DNA from: Candidatus Poribacteria bacterium | Lineage (GTDB): Bacteria; Poribacteria; WGA-4E; WGA-3G | Direction of reading: 5' to 3' | DNA: 64,000 nucleotides | Assembly (NCBI GenBank): GCA_012267415.1 | Contig: JAAXGN010000008.1 | Span: 719-64,718, forward strand | Shown: positions 38,309-47,447 of the stretch, piece after piece | Numbering within the stretch: the first letter of the stretch is position 1 | Layout of the letters: every line of letters begins with the position of its first letter | The notes under the pieces: generated by a model | Told to the model about the DNA's origin: nothing | Seen by the model: the letters and a program-made list of their open reading frames with translations, nothing else | The model's database searches: none | Program-made: the position numbers and the translations under genes

Positions 38309-39250
38309 ATGGATATCAACAGAGATTATTTCTGGTTTCGTCTCTTTAAGGCGCGCGGTATAGGTCCGAAAAGTCTTACATCTATCGCTAAGATATTAGA
38401 AACTGAACAACTTTACCCTGAAATGTTGCCTACCAAAAAAAACGATCTTTCAACACAATTTCCAAAATTGGCGAAAATCCTGAACGGTAAAATTCGTGAA
38501 GAGGATCGAGGGAAGGTGTTGGAGGAGTATGGACAACTTAAAAACTTGGGTATTGAAATTATGTATCCAGGGCACTCCGATTTTCTATCTAATCTTCTTG
38601 AAATTTCTCCAGTATTCTTTCTTCAGGGACAACGAAAATACCTGACTTCAGATAGTACTGCAATCGTTGGATCAAGGAATGTGTCTACTGAAGGAATTCG
38701 TCATACAGGAAAACTTGCTGCAGACCTCGCGGGAAAGGGTATCAATATTGTATCAGGATATGCCAAAGGGATAGATACTGCAGCGCATTTAGGAGCTTTA
38801 GAAGTTGAAGGAACGACGACAACAGTGCTGCCTTATGGTATTAGAGAATTCTACCTGAAAAAAGCATTTAAGCAATTTGACTGGAAGCGGAATGTGCTAA
38901 TCGTATCACAATTTGACCCGTCTCAGAAATGGTTAGCATGCAATGCGATGATTCGGAATAAGTTTGTATGTGCACTCTCTAAAGCAGTTGTAGTGATTGA
39001 ATCTGGTCCTGAACGAGATGAACAAGGTAAAATGAGTGGGACATTTAATACTGCAAAAACAGCACTTGAAATGAACTTACCACTATTTGTGCTCGATCCA
39101 AGTTGCCTTGAAAATCCTCCTCAAGGTAACGCTGAGTTAATCGCATTAGGCGGGGAGATTATTAATTCTGCCGATGGGGCTGAACAAATTAATGAATGTA
39201 TCACCCTGGGCCCAACCTGGGAAAATAAAGAAAATACTGAATTTCGTTAA
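38309..39250 (+). CDS. dprA: DprA/Smf-like DNA-processing protein (Rossmann/SLOG fold)
   Basis: RGIGPKSL, AIVGSRNVSTEG, IVSGYAKGIDTAAH, IRNKFVCALSKAVVVIES and TALEMNLPLFVL. The ATG at 38309 has AAGGA upstream. Confidence 0.8.
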   Translation: MDINRDYFWFRLFKARGIGPKSLTSIAKILETEQLYPEMLPTKKNDLSTQFPKLAKILNGKIREEDRGKVLEEYGQLKNLGIEIMYPGHSDFLSNLLEISPVFFLQGQRKYLTSDSTAIVGSRNVSTEGIRHTGKLAADLAGKGINIVSGYAKGIDTAAHLGALEVEGTTTTVLPYGIREFYLKKAFKQFDWKRNVLIVSQFDPSQKWLACNAMIRNKFVCALSKAVVVIESGPERDEQGKMSGTFNTAKTALEMNLPLFVLDPSCLENPPQGNAELIALGGEIINSADGAEQINECITLGPTWENKENTEFR

Positions 39251-39280
39251 AGTTCAAGATGGATTATTTCAGTGACAAAG

Positions 39281-40492
39281 TCATTGCACAATCGCCAAAA
39301 CCCTATCACGGAAACGCTGATATGCAAGACTTGCACCGGCAATGTTACCTGACGCAGGACCAATTTGAAGTTGTGCAACTGTCCCTGAACCAAACAGATT
39401 CTTGACAGGATGGAATTCTAAGTCAGTTTCAAGAACTGGTAAACCACACACAAGCGGAATTGGATGTTGTGTGATTAACGCTTCAAGAAATCCGTAATCC
39501 CGTAAGTCAAATCTATACCCAGTTGCAAGTATTATTTGAGAAACATTTGTAATAACATCACTGGTAGTTTCTACTATTAGGTTCTTATCATCGGTTATAT
39601 TGCGAATAAGCGTTTCAGGTAAGATTTTGATGTTGTCACTATTCTCAAGCGATTCCATTACATCTGGTGTTATGCTACCCTCGCCTCTGTTCTCCTGAAT
39701 AATCTGGTATCGTCGCTGAAAATCTGGTTCTCCCGCAAATTCTGTCAGAGCTTTTGGTCCTAACCAGATTGGCGGGAAGTCAAATTGTTCCGTTTTCAAC
39801 TGCTTTCTTGCGACCAACACTACATTATGACCCCGTTCACTCAAGCTCCTTGCAAGTGTTCCGGCAGTCAACCCACCACCTACGATTACAATTTTGCCGG
39901 TTTCTCTTAACCTCTGATAGTCATTCACAGAGAACCGAGATGAATGGATGATCCGATGTGGGTAAAGACGTTGCCAAACTCTATACGCGTCAGGCACATA
40001 AGCACAATCCTCTGATCCAATAGCAAGTATAACGCAGCTACTACGGAAACCTTCGTTTTTATCAGAAATTAGACGGAATGGAAATCTGCCTGTCCCTTTG
40101 TCCCACCGTAATTTTGACACCTTGAATTGATGATAGATCGGATATGCTTGTATCTCCTTTACTGCTTCCACGCAATAATCCCAAAATAGTTCAGTAGCAG
40201 GCTGCGAGTATGGGGGTGCTAACGCATCAGTACGGTCATGTTGCTGTGCATAGTCAACTATCCCTAAGGAATCAGGTGTGATATGATGTACTGCAGGGGA
40301 ACGGAGAAACGTCATGCCTTGACGGTCGGTCTTATTTCTCCATTCAGTGAGCGGTTCTGGATATTTGTCTAAGATGACAATCTGTTTTGCTGCCTGCGGC
40401 ATGTCGCGCAGCAGTCGCAATGCAATAGAAATACCGTGAATACCCCCACCGATGATTGTAATTGGAATATTGCGATGTGCAAGAGATTTCAT
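39281..40492 (-). CDS. FAD/NAD(P)-binding oxidoreductase (two dinucleotide-binding folds)
   Basis: ITIIGGGIHGISIALRL and IVIVGGGLTAGTLARSL. Confidence 0.65.
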   Translation of the reverse strand: MKSLAHRNIPITIIGGGIHGISIALRLLRDMPQAAKQIVILDKYPEPLTEWRNKTDRQGMTFLRSPAVHHITPDSLGIVDYAQQHDRTDALAPPYSQPATELFWDYCVEAVKEIQAYPIYHQFKVSKLRWDKGTGRFPFRLISDKNEGFRSSCVILAIGSEDCAYVPDAYRVWQRLYPHRIIHSSRFSVNDYQRLRETGKIVIVGGGLTAGTLARSLSERGHNVVLVARKQLKTEQFDFPPIWLGPKALTEFAGEPDFQRRYQIIQENRGEGSITPDVMESLENSDNIKILPETLIRNITDDKNLIVETTSDVITNVSQIILATGYRFDLRDYGFLEALITQHPIPLVCGLPVLETDLEFHPVKNLFGSGTVAQLQIGPASGNIAGASLAYQRFRDRVLAIVQ

Positions 40493-40509
40493 GACTTCTA
40501 TCGTATCAC

Positions 40510-41346
40510 TTAATCGGTGAAAGGGCCGGGAAGATGGAGACGTGTTAGTTCAAAAGTCTGGGTTTGAAAAGTATCTGTAGCACGATAACGGCTGAATCTG
40601 TACTTAACCACGCCTATGGATGGCGCAACCCAATAGACTGCGGGTGGACTGATCAACCTTATCGTTGAATCCTCACTCTCACTGTATACAACCTCTTCGT
40701 AGACAACGAATGTATCAAAACTTCCAGCGGGGACGGTAATCTGCACATCCTTCTCAGCAACAAAACGTGTAGCAGAAACTGGGATACCGATGTCCTTTTC
40801 AAAAACAACCCACTGTTTGCCAACCTCTAATGGAAAATCCCATAACTTGCGTGCCGGAAAATGCTTCTGATGAAATAACGGGTTATCAAGCGGAAGAATA
40901 ATATCAAACGCTGATTCTGTCAACGCTTGCGGGGTTTTTGTGAAATAGGTAGCCAAAATAGGAAACGGAAATCCATCAAAAAACTCCGTGTCTAACCTGA
41001 AATAATATGCATTGGCAGACAGATGATCAATTGATTCAAAAGGAAAATCATCGGGAGGAGTGGGTGTCAGTTCGCTAATCGTCATTTGACGGTGCGTTGT
41101 TCCACTAATATCGCGTGTACCCCCTATACGAAGCGTGACCTCTTGCTCAGTGTCAACATTGACATAAGTCCACGACGAACCTGTATCCGTTGGGAAATCA
41201 ATGGCTTGGAGTGTTCCCGTTGAGATCGGTGCGGGTATTTTCGTTTCACCATGTGGTTCAATCAGACCTTCTTCGCCACAACTTATGCACAGTAGCATTA
41301 GAACAAAAGTTAAGAAGGATGATTTTGCTAACTTATAATAATCCAT
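40510..41346 (-). CDS. hypothetical lipoprotein
   Basis: Lipobox MLLCISCG. No recognisable domain. Confidence 0.55.
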   Translation of the reverse strand: MDYYKLAKSSFLTFVLMLLCISCGEEGLIEPHGETKIPAPISTGTLQAIDFPTDTGSSWTYVNVDTEQEVTLRIGGTRDISGTTHRQMTISELTPTPPDDFPFESIDHLSANAYYFRLDTEFFDGFPFPILATYFTKTPQALTESAFDIILPLDNPLFHQKHFPARKLWDFPLEVGKQWVVFEKDIGIPVSATRFVAEKDVQITVPAGSFDTFVVYEEVVYSESEDSTIRLISPPAVYWVAPSIGVVKYRFSRYRATDTFQTQTFELTRLHLPGPFTD

Positions 41347-41357
41347 TTACTTATATT

Positions 41358-41404
41358 TCAATCCTGTCAATCCTGCTAATCCTGTAAATCTTGGTCTAAT
41401 CCTG
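41358..41404. repeat. Five tandem nonamers nnAATCCTG
   Basis: tcaatcctg tcaatcctg ctaatcctg taaatcttg gtctaatcctg, lying between the stop of 41408-44002 and the start of 40510-41346. Same motif family as 2887-3037 and 58097-58120. Confidence 0.75.
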
Positions 41405-41407
41405 GTC

Positions 41408-44002
41408 TCATTTGACTATAGAGAATTTACCTGCGCTTTGGTATCCGTTTCCATCGCTTGCAATGTAGAAGTATAGTCCGGTACAGACCTTTTCACCATT
41501 TTGATTGGTACAATCCCAATTTGAAGCATTCTCTATTACCTTAATTAAGTTACCCGTTATATCATAAATTTCAACTTTTAGACCTTTTGGGTAAAATGAA
41601 AGGTGTTGGTTTCCGAAAGCTGGACGAATTGGATTCGGTGCAACGACTACTTTGCGATTCGCACTGTTCTGTAGATAACTGAAAGATTGTCCCTGCCAGA
41701 TTCTGTTACCTGTTTTACCTGAAAGGTTCTTACCAGAAATCTTATATAAGTAAATCCCGGTAGTGGGGAATCCGTTTGTCTGTAGAGTTCCACGCCATTT
41801 TGTAGGAGACACCTGGGATAAGGTGATGTTATAGGTATCCCTATTTGGTGTTTCTACTGATAGCATCGGCGCACTTTGAAGAGCCTGTGTGCTTGTCACC
41901 TCAACATGCCACTCACCTGTACCGTGTTGTTGTGTATTGATGAAAAAGGATGGTGCTTGATTTGCCGGTTCCACAATCGGCGAAAAACTATCTGGAGCGA
42001 TACTCGGTGTCCCCATAATCCCCATAGCATCCACCGGCACAACTGCATAGTAATAGTGCACCATGTCTTCGGGGTCAATATCCTGGAAAACTGTTCTGTC
42101 TTCAAACTGATTTTGCGTCAATGAGACACGTCCTACAACAGTGATATCGTCTTCTGCAATGCCATCTCCGTTCCGATCAGCGGCGGCGAGCACTGCAGCA
42201 TCGGATTGGAAGGTTTGCGGCTCATCCGTTTCACTATTTAAGACGTATCGTTTTCTCACGATAGCGACATCCTGAATACCCGTTGGGTCATCAACACTCC
42301 AATTGAGCAAAGCACCAGAAGTGCCTTGTGATACTTGGACGTTTGCAAGTTGTCCTTTCGGTGGCGCGCCAGCCACAAAACTCACAGAACCGCCAGAAGT
42401 GCCACCCGGAACTACCACCTGTTCAACATCAGCATGCATATTGATAAGAATGAGTGTAATTTCTTTAATTACGCCACCGAAATCATTGAATGTGAGTTGT
42501 GCCTCCTGGGACTTATGATATGTGAATGCTTCTCTGATTTCAATCTTATCATTCTGTTTTCGGACAATGAATTTTGCAGCCCAACCACGTAATCCTGTGC
42601 CGTTAAGTCTGTTAAGTTCGCTCTGGATATTGTTTCTGTCTCCAATTGTCAGAGCATTCATATCATAAGGTGCAAGGTCAGCACCGTCAATTTTGATGGC
42701 GAATTCTGGCATGACGCCTTGGGGACGGAATACGATATAGCGACACGAAAAGTGTTCAGGCATCGCCTCAGAATCAAAGTACGTACGAATCGGATATTGA
42801 CTGTGAACATCGTTTGGGTGGATTGCGACAGGTGGAAATCTTTCGGCGTTTCTATATCCCGGTATATCAACGGTCGTATTCGCGCGTGTATACGTAAAAT
42901 AATTCCATACAGTAAAAGTCTTGAAAGCTTCCGCAAGGGTTGTACCGTTGTCTATAAAGACATCATAAAAATTACCGAATTCGCGATAACTGCCATCAGT
43001 CGTATTGGTATAAAACTGCCGTATGATGTCATAGCCGAATCTTTCTGCCATATAGAGTGCCCATATTACTGAACCGTATTCATGATCACCGATTCTACTC
43101 TCAAGAGAAATATCGGGTATATTAAACCAGCGACGTAGTTGATGGATGTAATAGTTATAGGAGTTTGTCTCGGTCGGTTCATCGGGATCAGGGATTGTGT
43201 CCCCATCGTCAACAACACCGCCATCATAGGTCATCACCTCTATCCATGTGGCAGATGCTTCCATGAACCAGGTCGGCATATAGGCGTTATATGCAAACTG
43301 AATCCCGTGCAGGAATTCATGTGCGCATGTGGTTTCAAGGTAACGTATCCCCTCTAATTTACCGACATAATCGTAGATACGGGAGTTAATCATGAAATAG
43401 GGGGCGATTGTCAACGCAGTGGATAGCACCCGTCCCTCAAACCAATCGGCTGTCGTGATACCGAGTGCTGGGAACGTAAACAGGTAGACATCCATTTTAT
43501 GATCCCCACCGTTCTGTTCTGCCCAATAATCCATGTAAGGTTTCTTAAAACCCATCAGATCAATTTGAACATGATAGGCGCGTTCCATTGCATCAGCACA
43601 CAGATCAATATAATCAGGAACTCCGTTACGGGGATGAAAGTCTTCAAGTGGTGGTGCGTGGGGGCCTCTGCGTGTATAGTGAAGTTTGAAATGCGGTGTG
43701 TTGAAGTGTTCTGTAAGCACTATATCACCGAAGAAACTACCCGGCAGTCCTGGACGGAGGAAAACCGGTTTCAGTTCTTGGCGTAGCCTTGATGGAATGT
43801 TTTGCCAGTTTTTCGCGACCGTAGTAAAACTATCGGTAGCGCATTCCATGACGTCGTCAGGTGAATAACTCGGTTTGAGTTTGGTGAACTTTCGCACAGT
43901 TTGAATGGCACTTTGAAGGTCCGCATCTGGAGGGAGTGCATAACTAATACACGAAATAGTAACTGTGAATAGCAAGACTGCAGTAAAAACGATATTTCTC
44001 AT
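41408..44002 (-). CDS. large secreted HExxH protein (putative metalloprotease) with T9SS/FlgD-Ig-like C-terminal domain
   Basis: Signal peptide from M15 (MRNIVFTAVLLFTVTISCISYA), TCAHEFLHGIQF, and the C-terminal LKVEIYDITGNLIKVI...GLYFYIASDGNGYQSAGKFSIVK. The ORF track extends to 44044. Confidence 0.65.
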   Translation of the reverse strand: MRNIVFTAVLLFTVTISCISYALPPDADLQSAIQTVRKFTKLKPSYSPDDVMECATDSFTTVAKNWQNIPSRLRQELKPVFLRPGLPGSFFGDIVLTEHFNTPHFKLHYTRRGPHAPPLEDFHPRNGVPDYIDLCADAMERAYHVQIDLMGFKKPYMDYWAEQNGGDHKMDVYLFTFPALGITTADWFEGRVLSTALTIAPYFMINSRIYDYVGKLEGIRYLETTCAHEFLHGIQFAYNAYMPTWFMEASATWIEVMTYDGGVVDDGDTIPDPDEPTETNSYNYYIHQLRRWFNIPDISLESRIGDHEYGSVIWALYMAERFGYDIIRQFYTNTTDGSYREFGNFYDVFIDNGTTLAEAFKTFTVWNYFTYTRANTTVDIPGYRNAERFPPVAIHPNDVHSQYPIRTYFDSEAMPEHFSCRYIVFRPQGVMPEFAIKIDGADLAPYDMNALTIGDRNNIQSELNRLNGTGLRGWAAKFIVRKQNDKIEIREAFTYHKSQEAQLTFNDFGGVIKEITLILINMHADVEQVVVPGGTSGGSVSFVAGAPPKGQLANVQVSQGTSGALLNWSVDDPTGIQDVAIVRKRYVLNSETDEPQTFQSDAAVLAAADRNGDGIAEDDITVVGRVSLTQNQFEDRTVFQDIDPEDMVHYYYAVVPVDAMGIMGTPSIAPDSFSPIVEPANQAPSFFINTQQHGTGEWHVEVTSTQALQSAPMLSVETPNRDTYNITLSQVSPTKWRGTLQTNGFPTTGIYLYKISGKNLSGKTGNRIWQGQSFSYLQNSANRKVVVAPNPIRPAFGNQHLSFYPKGLKVEIYDITGNLIKVIENASNWDCTNQNGEKVCTGLYFYIASDGNGYQSAGKFSIVK

Positions 44003-44012
44003 CAAAAGGTTC

Positions 44013-44345
44013 TTATGTAGGTTTAAAACTTCTGTAGTGCTCATCTACGTTTCGGTATTTGCCTTCTCTATAGTGTTTAGCAGCTTTCTTGGCAAGGTGA
44101 TCCAACCGTCCAACTTTCACGTCTTCCTCAAATTGCTCTTCCCAAGCTTCTTCTTCGGAGATGAGTGCCTCATGAAGTTTTTTTTCGAGGGTTTCCAGGA
44201 GTACGGTTTCTGTGGGTGCCTCACACTTGACTTTAGGAACGTCTGGTATCTGTCCAAGCCAGTTTGCACCGTTTCTCTGAATGTGTGCGGTGTAGGTTTC
44301 CTCAAAGACCTTGTCGTGGATATCTACAGTCTTTATTTGTTCCAT
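44013..44345 (-). CDS. orphan HicB-like antitoxin paralog of 15768-16085
   Basis: EETYTAHIQRNGANWLGQIPDVPKVKCEAPTETVLLETLEKKLHEAL...EEAWEEQFEEDVKVGRLDHL aligns along its length with the antitoxin at 15768. The ATG at 44343-44345 has GGGAGA upstream. No toxin gene is adjacent. Confidence 0.6.
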   Translation of the reverse strand: MEQIKTVDIHDKVFEETYTAHIQRNGANWLGQIPDVPKVKCEAPTETVLLETLEKKLHEALISEEEAWEEQFEEDVKVGRLDHLAKKAAKHYREGKYRNVDEHYRSFKPT

Positions 44346-44546
44346 GAAATTTCTCCCTATTATCAAGTTACCCAGAGTTTTCAGATTATATTGTATCAGA
44401 AATTGACAGGAAATGCAACCCATTAAGCCATATGTCCAGAATTGTTATTATTAGGTCCTGACTATGTAACCTTTTCAACGCAAATACATTCTTACATACA
44501 AAAGATAGTATATTATTGTTGAAGAACCAAATAGGTGGTGATAGAA

Positions 44547-44906
44547 ATGGATAAAGTCCATGACCAAGATTACATAGCTAACGATACCAGTGAACAGGTC
44601 CATAACGATCAGGATCAGAACACAGATATCCCATACGCGGAGCTTTCCGGAATGGTAATAGAGACTAATGACCTCAAAGAGGTAATCAGCAGATATTTTG
44701 ATCCAACCGACGGCTACTGCCCGAAATGCGGTCAACAAGATTTTGTAATCATGCGGAATGCGAAAAACGGCAGACTTGAGGCATGGTGCTGTTTTAATTG
44801 TTATAATGGTGTTTACGATGTGATTGAGTTTGTGCTATGGATAGAAGACATTGATGAGACCGAAGCTGTGCGGCAGTTAGCCACACAAATCGAAATCTTA
44901 GAATAA
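44547..44906 (+). CDS. small protein with CHC2 (DnaG-type) zinc-finger-like motif
   Basis: CPKCGQQDF...WCCFNCYNGVYDVIEFVLWIEDIDETEAVRQLA resembles the primase zinc-binding module CPxH...CFxCxxxGDxIxF...EAVxxLA. The ATG at 44547 has AGGTGG upstream. Confidence 0.55.
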   Translation: MDKVHDQDYIANDTSEQVHNDQDQNTDIPYAELSGMVIETNDLKEVISRYFDPTDGYCPKCGQQDFVIMRNAKNGRLEAWCCFNCYNGVYDVIEFVLWIEDIDETEAVRQLATQIEILE

Positions 44907-44933
44907 GGAGTTTCTATGCATCACAACGTTGTA

Positions 44934-47444
44934 TTATTTCCGCAATAACATTTTCCGAGTTGCAGTAAAATTCCCACTGGATAACGTGCAAAAATACAAA
45001 CCGCTTGCCGCAGGTTCGCCAGAATCATTGTGTCCATCCCAATATGCTGCACGTTCCTTGCTGTAATACGTACCAGCAGGTTGATTACCTAATTCTATCG
45101 TTCTTATTCTGCGACCTTTCATATCATATATTGATACGGTTACATCAGAAGGAGACTCTAACTGATACGGTATCCACGTTTCTGGATTAAAGGGATTTGG
45201 ATAGTTTTCAAGTAGACGTGTCTGGGTTGGGTTCAACACTTGGACGAATTGTTGCAGTATTGCAATTCCTTTCTTTACAGTAACATCTCTATTCGGCAAT
45301 TGTTCTGCTTTCTTAATCCAACGTTTTACTGTTTCAGTATCAAGTTGTGCCATCTGATGTGGGTGTAAAGGAGCAGCACCAGAAGTAATATCTAACGCAT
45401 TGACAACTAACAGCAGATCAATAACGTTTACTTCTCCATCTCTATTGACATCCGGGTTAGGAAATACATCACCAATGATAGTCTTTCCGAAGTTCGCAGC
45501 AACAAGCACAAGATCATCCGTATCTACTGTGCCATCACCGTTTATATCAGTTCGATTCTCAACTGATGTTGATGCGCCAGATTTTAGCAAGAATTCATGA
45601 CGTGTGATATTGCCGTATACATCAATAATCTGTAACACTATGGAATTATATGGAAAACGTGTCAAAAAAGTAATATCAAAATGTACAGTGCTGCTTAACA
45701 ACTCTATTTTCTGACAACTATGCAACTTAGTCCCTGTAGCAGGATCAGTGCTGATAGTTGGAATATGAAGTTGAACTTGATATATGCCATCCAGATCAGT
45801 GATCTGAAATAAAATCGTGTGGGTTTCTGCATTTGATGGGTATGCCTCAGAAGTTAACATTTGAACAGTTGTGGGTTCGTTAAATGCGGTCTGTTCTATA
45901 TTGAAGAACCGATTTACGTTAAACCATTCAGTTGCACACATTGAAAACCTGTCAGCATTATTACCATAGGACATGATGTATCTGTCGTCTCTGAAATCAT
46001 GTGTTAAACCAAATGCGTGTCCAAGTTCATGCGCAACGATATATTTACCAACATCACCATCAAAGCACTCACCTGAAGCGGGAATAACAGCGTATCCACC
46101 GCGTGAAAATGTCTGGCGTTGATTTTCGATCCATAGTGTTCCACCTATACCGCATGCACTATCCCTTTCAATCGCTTCAGCACCGGTTTCTACGAAGATA
46201 AGATTAACGTGTGTATTCTGTTCAAATCGGGTTGATAGCTCATTTATAATCTTATTGCTTGTATCAGCATAATAGTATGCGTCATTAAACCTGCCGCGAA
46301 CTTGATGAACGAGAACGTTTCCCCCTTCATCTGTTTCAGAAGTAAATGTTTTGCGTGCAAATCCGTTTGCTTCCATCTGATCAGCATAGAAAGTTTGCAC
46401 GTTTTTTAGCAGACGATTTAGTTTTGTACTCATACCTGACTGAGGGAAGCGGTCGTTTGGTACGAAGTAGATAACCCGCACCAATTCTTCTGTCACCGTC
46501 TGATACGTAGTGACATCCCACAGACGAAGGGTCCCATCATCACCACCGCTGATCAGCGAGCTGTTGTCAGGTGAAAATGATGCCGAATTTACCCATCCGC
46601 TGTGTCCCAAGAATGTCGCGATATTAGCACCATCAGTGATGTTCCATAGATTGACTGCTTCATAATCTGTCGTTGCAAGTGTCATACCGTCTGTTGAGAA
46701 ATTGAGATCTGTCACCGTTGCTTTCGTAGGTAATGTGCCGAGATGTTCCCAATTGGATAGTCTCCACAATTTCACTCCACTGTTATATCCAGCACTTGCC
46801 AGTATCTGATTATCTGGAGAAAACTGCAAGGCGGAAATCAGATCAGCATCTGCCTGAAAATTAGCTACTTCCAGTCGGTTTTGAACATTTCTAATTCTCA
46901 CTTTCCCGCTTGCGTCACCTATAGCCAGAAATCTTCCATCATGAGAGAAGGCTAATGCAAATACCCATTCGTCGTGTCTGAAGGTCATCAACTCTCTGTA
47001 TGTATGTATATCCCACAACTTTACATGATAACCTGCGGTAGCAAACATCTGTCCATTCGGAGAGAATGAAACCTCCTTTATCTGTGATTGCGCAAAATCC
47101 GTAACATGTCTTAGGGTTACAATTTGACTCTGTTTCTCAATATCCCACAACTTGATCGTATAGTCATCACTGCCACTGACAAGTTTTTTGCCATCAGGAG
47201 AAAATGCAATTGCGTTGATAGTTTTAGTGTGATTCCCAAGAATCGTAACGCTGTCTTCCTCAAGATCCCATAATTTTATTGCATGTCCCCCACCTGCACT
47301 TGCTATTAACTTAGAATCTACGGGTGAATATGTCACGGCTTGTACAACCCCGCCGTGCGTAATTGATGTGTGATCTTGCGCAGCAGTGATAGAGGGAGCA
47401 GATGTCAAAATGAACAGAATGAGAAAACAGTGTATTCTTTGCAT
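44934..47444 (-). CDS. secreted WD40-repeat / metzincin-like protease / dockerin-like / T9SS-type CTD protein
   Basis: Signal peptide, at least 7 WD40 units (IKLWDL, IKLWDI, VKLWDI, LRLWDV), AHELGHAFGLTHDF (HExxHxxGxxHD), DINGDGTVDTDDL and DVNRDGEVNVIDL, and the C-terminal NYPNPFNPETWIPYQL...GLYFCTL. Confidence 0.8.
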   Translation of the reverse strand: MQRIHCFLILFILTSAPSITAAQDHTSITHGGVVQAVTYSPVDSKLIASAGGGHAIKLWDLEEDSVTILGNHTKTINAIAFSPDGKKLVSGSDDYTIKLWDIEKQSQIVTLRHVTDFAQSQIKEVSFSPNGQMFATAGYHVKLWDIHTYRELMTFRHDEWVFALAFSHDGRFLAIGDASGKVRIRNVQNRLEVANFQADADLISALQFSPDNQILASAGYNSGVKLWRLSNWEHLGTLPTKATVTDLNFSTDGMTLATTDYEAVNLWNITDGANIATFLGHSGWVNSASFSPDNSSLISGGDDGTLRLWDVTTYQTVTEELVRVIYFVPNDRFPQSGMSTKLNRLLKNVQTFYADQMEANGFARKTFTSETDEGGNVLVHQVRGRFNDAYYYADTSNKIINELSTRFEQNTHVNLIFVETGAEAIERDSACGIGGTLWIENQRQTFSRGGYAVIPASGECFDGDVGKYIVAHELGHAFGLTHDFRDDRYIMSYGNNADRFSMCATEWFNVNRFFNIEQTAFNEPTTVQMLTSEAYPSNAETHTILFQITDLDGIYQVQLHIPTISTDPATGTKLHSCQKIELLSSTVHFDITFLTRFPYNSIVLQIIDVYGNITRHEFLLKSGASTSVENRTDINGDGTVDTDDLVLVAANFGKTIIGDVFPNPDVNRDGEVNVIDLLLVVNALDITSGAAPLHPHQMAQLDTETVKRWIKKAEQLPNRDVTVKKGIAILQQFVQVLNPTQTRLLENYPNPFNPETWIPYQLESPSDVTVSIYDMKGRRIRTIELGNQPAGTYYSKERAAYWDGHNDSGEPAASGLYFCTLSSGNFTATRKMLLRK

Positions 47445-47447
47445 GAT

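Noticed and set aside
41876-43868. Numerous 60-117-aa ORFs on both strands inside the 41408-44002 gene
   Set aside because: These are shadow ORFs inside an 865-aa gene with a signal peptide, an HExxH motif and a C-terminal sorting domain.
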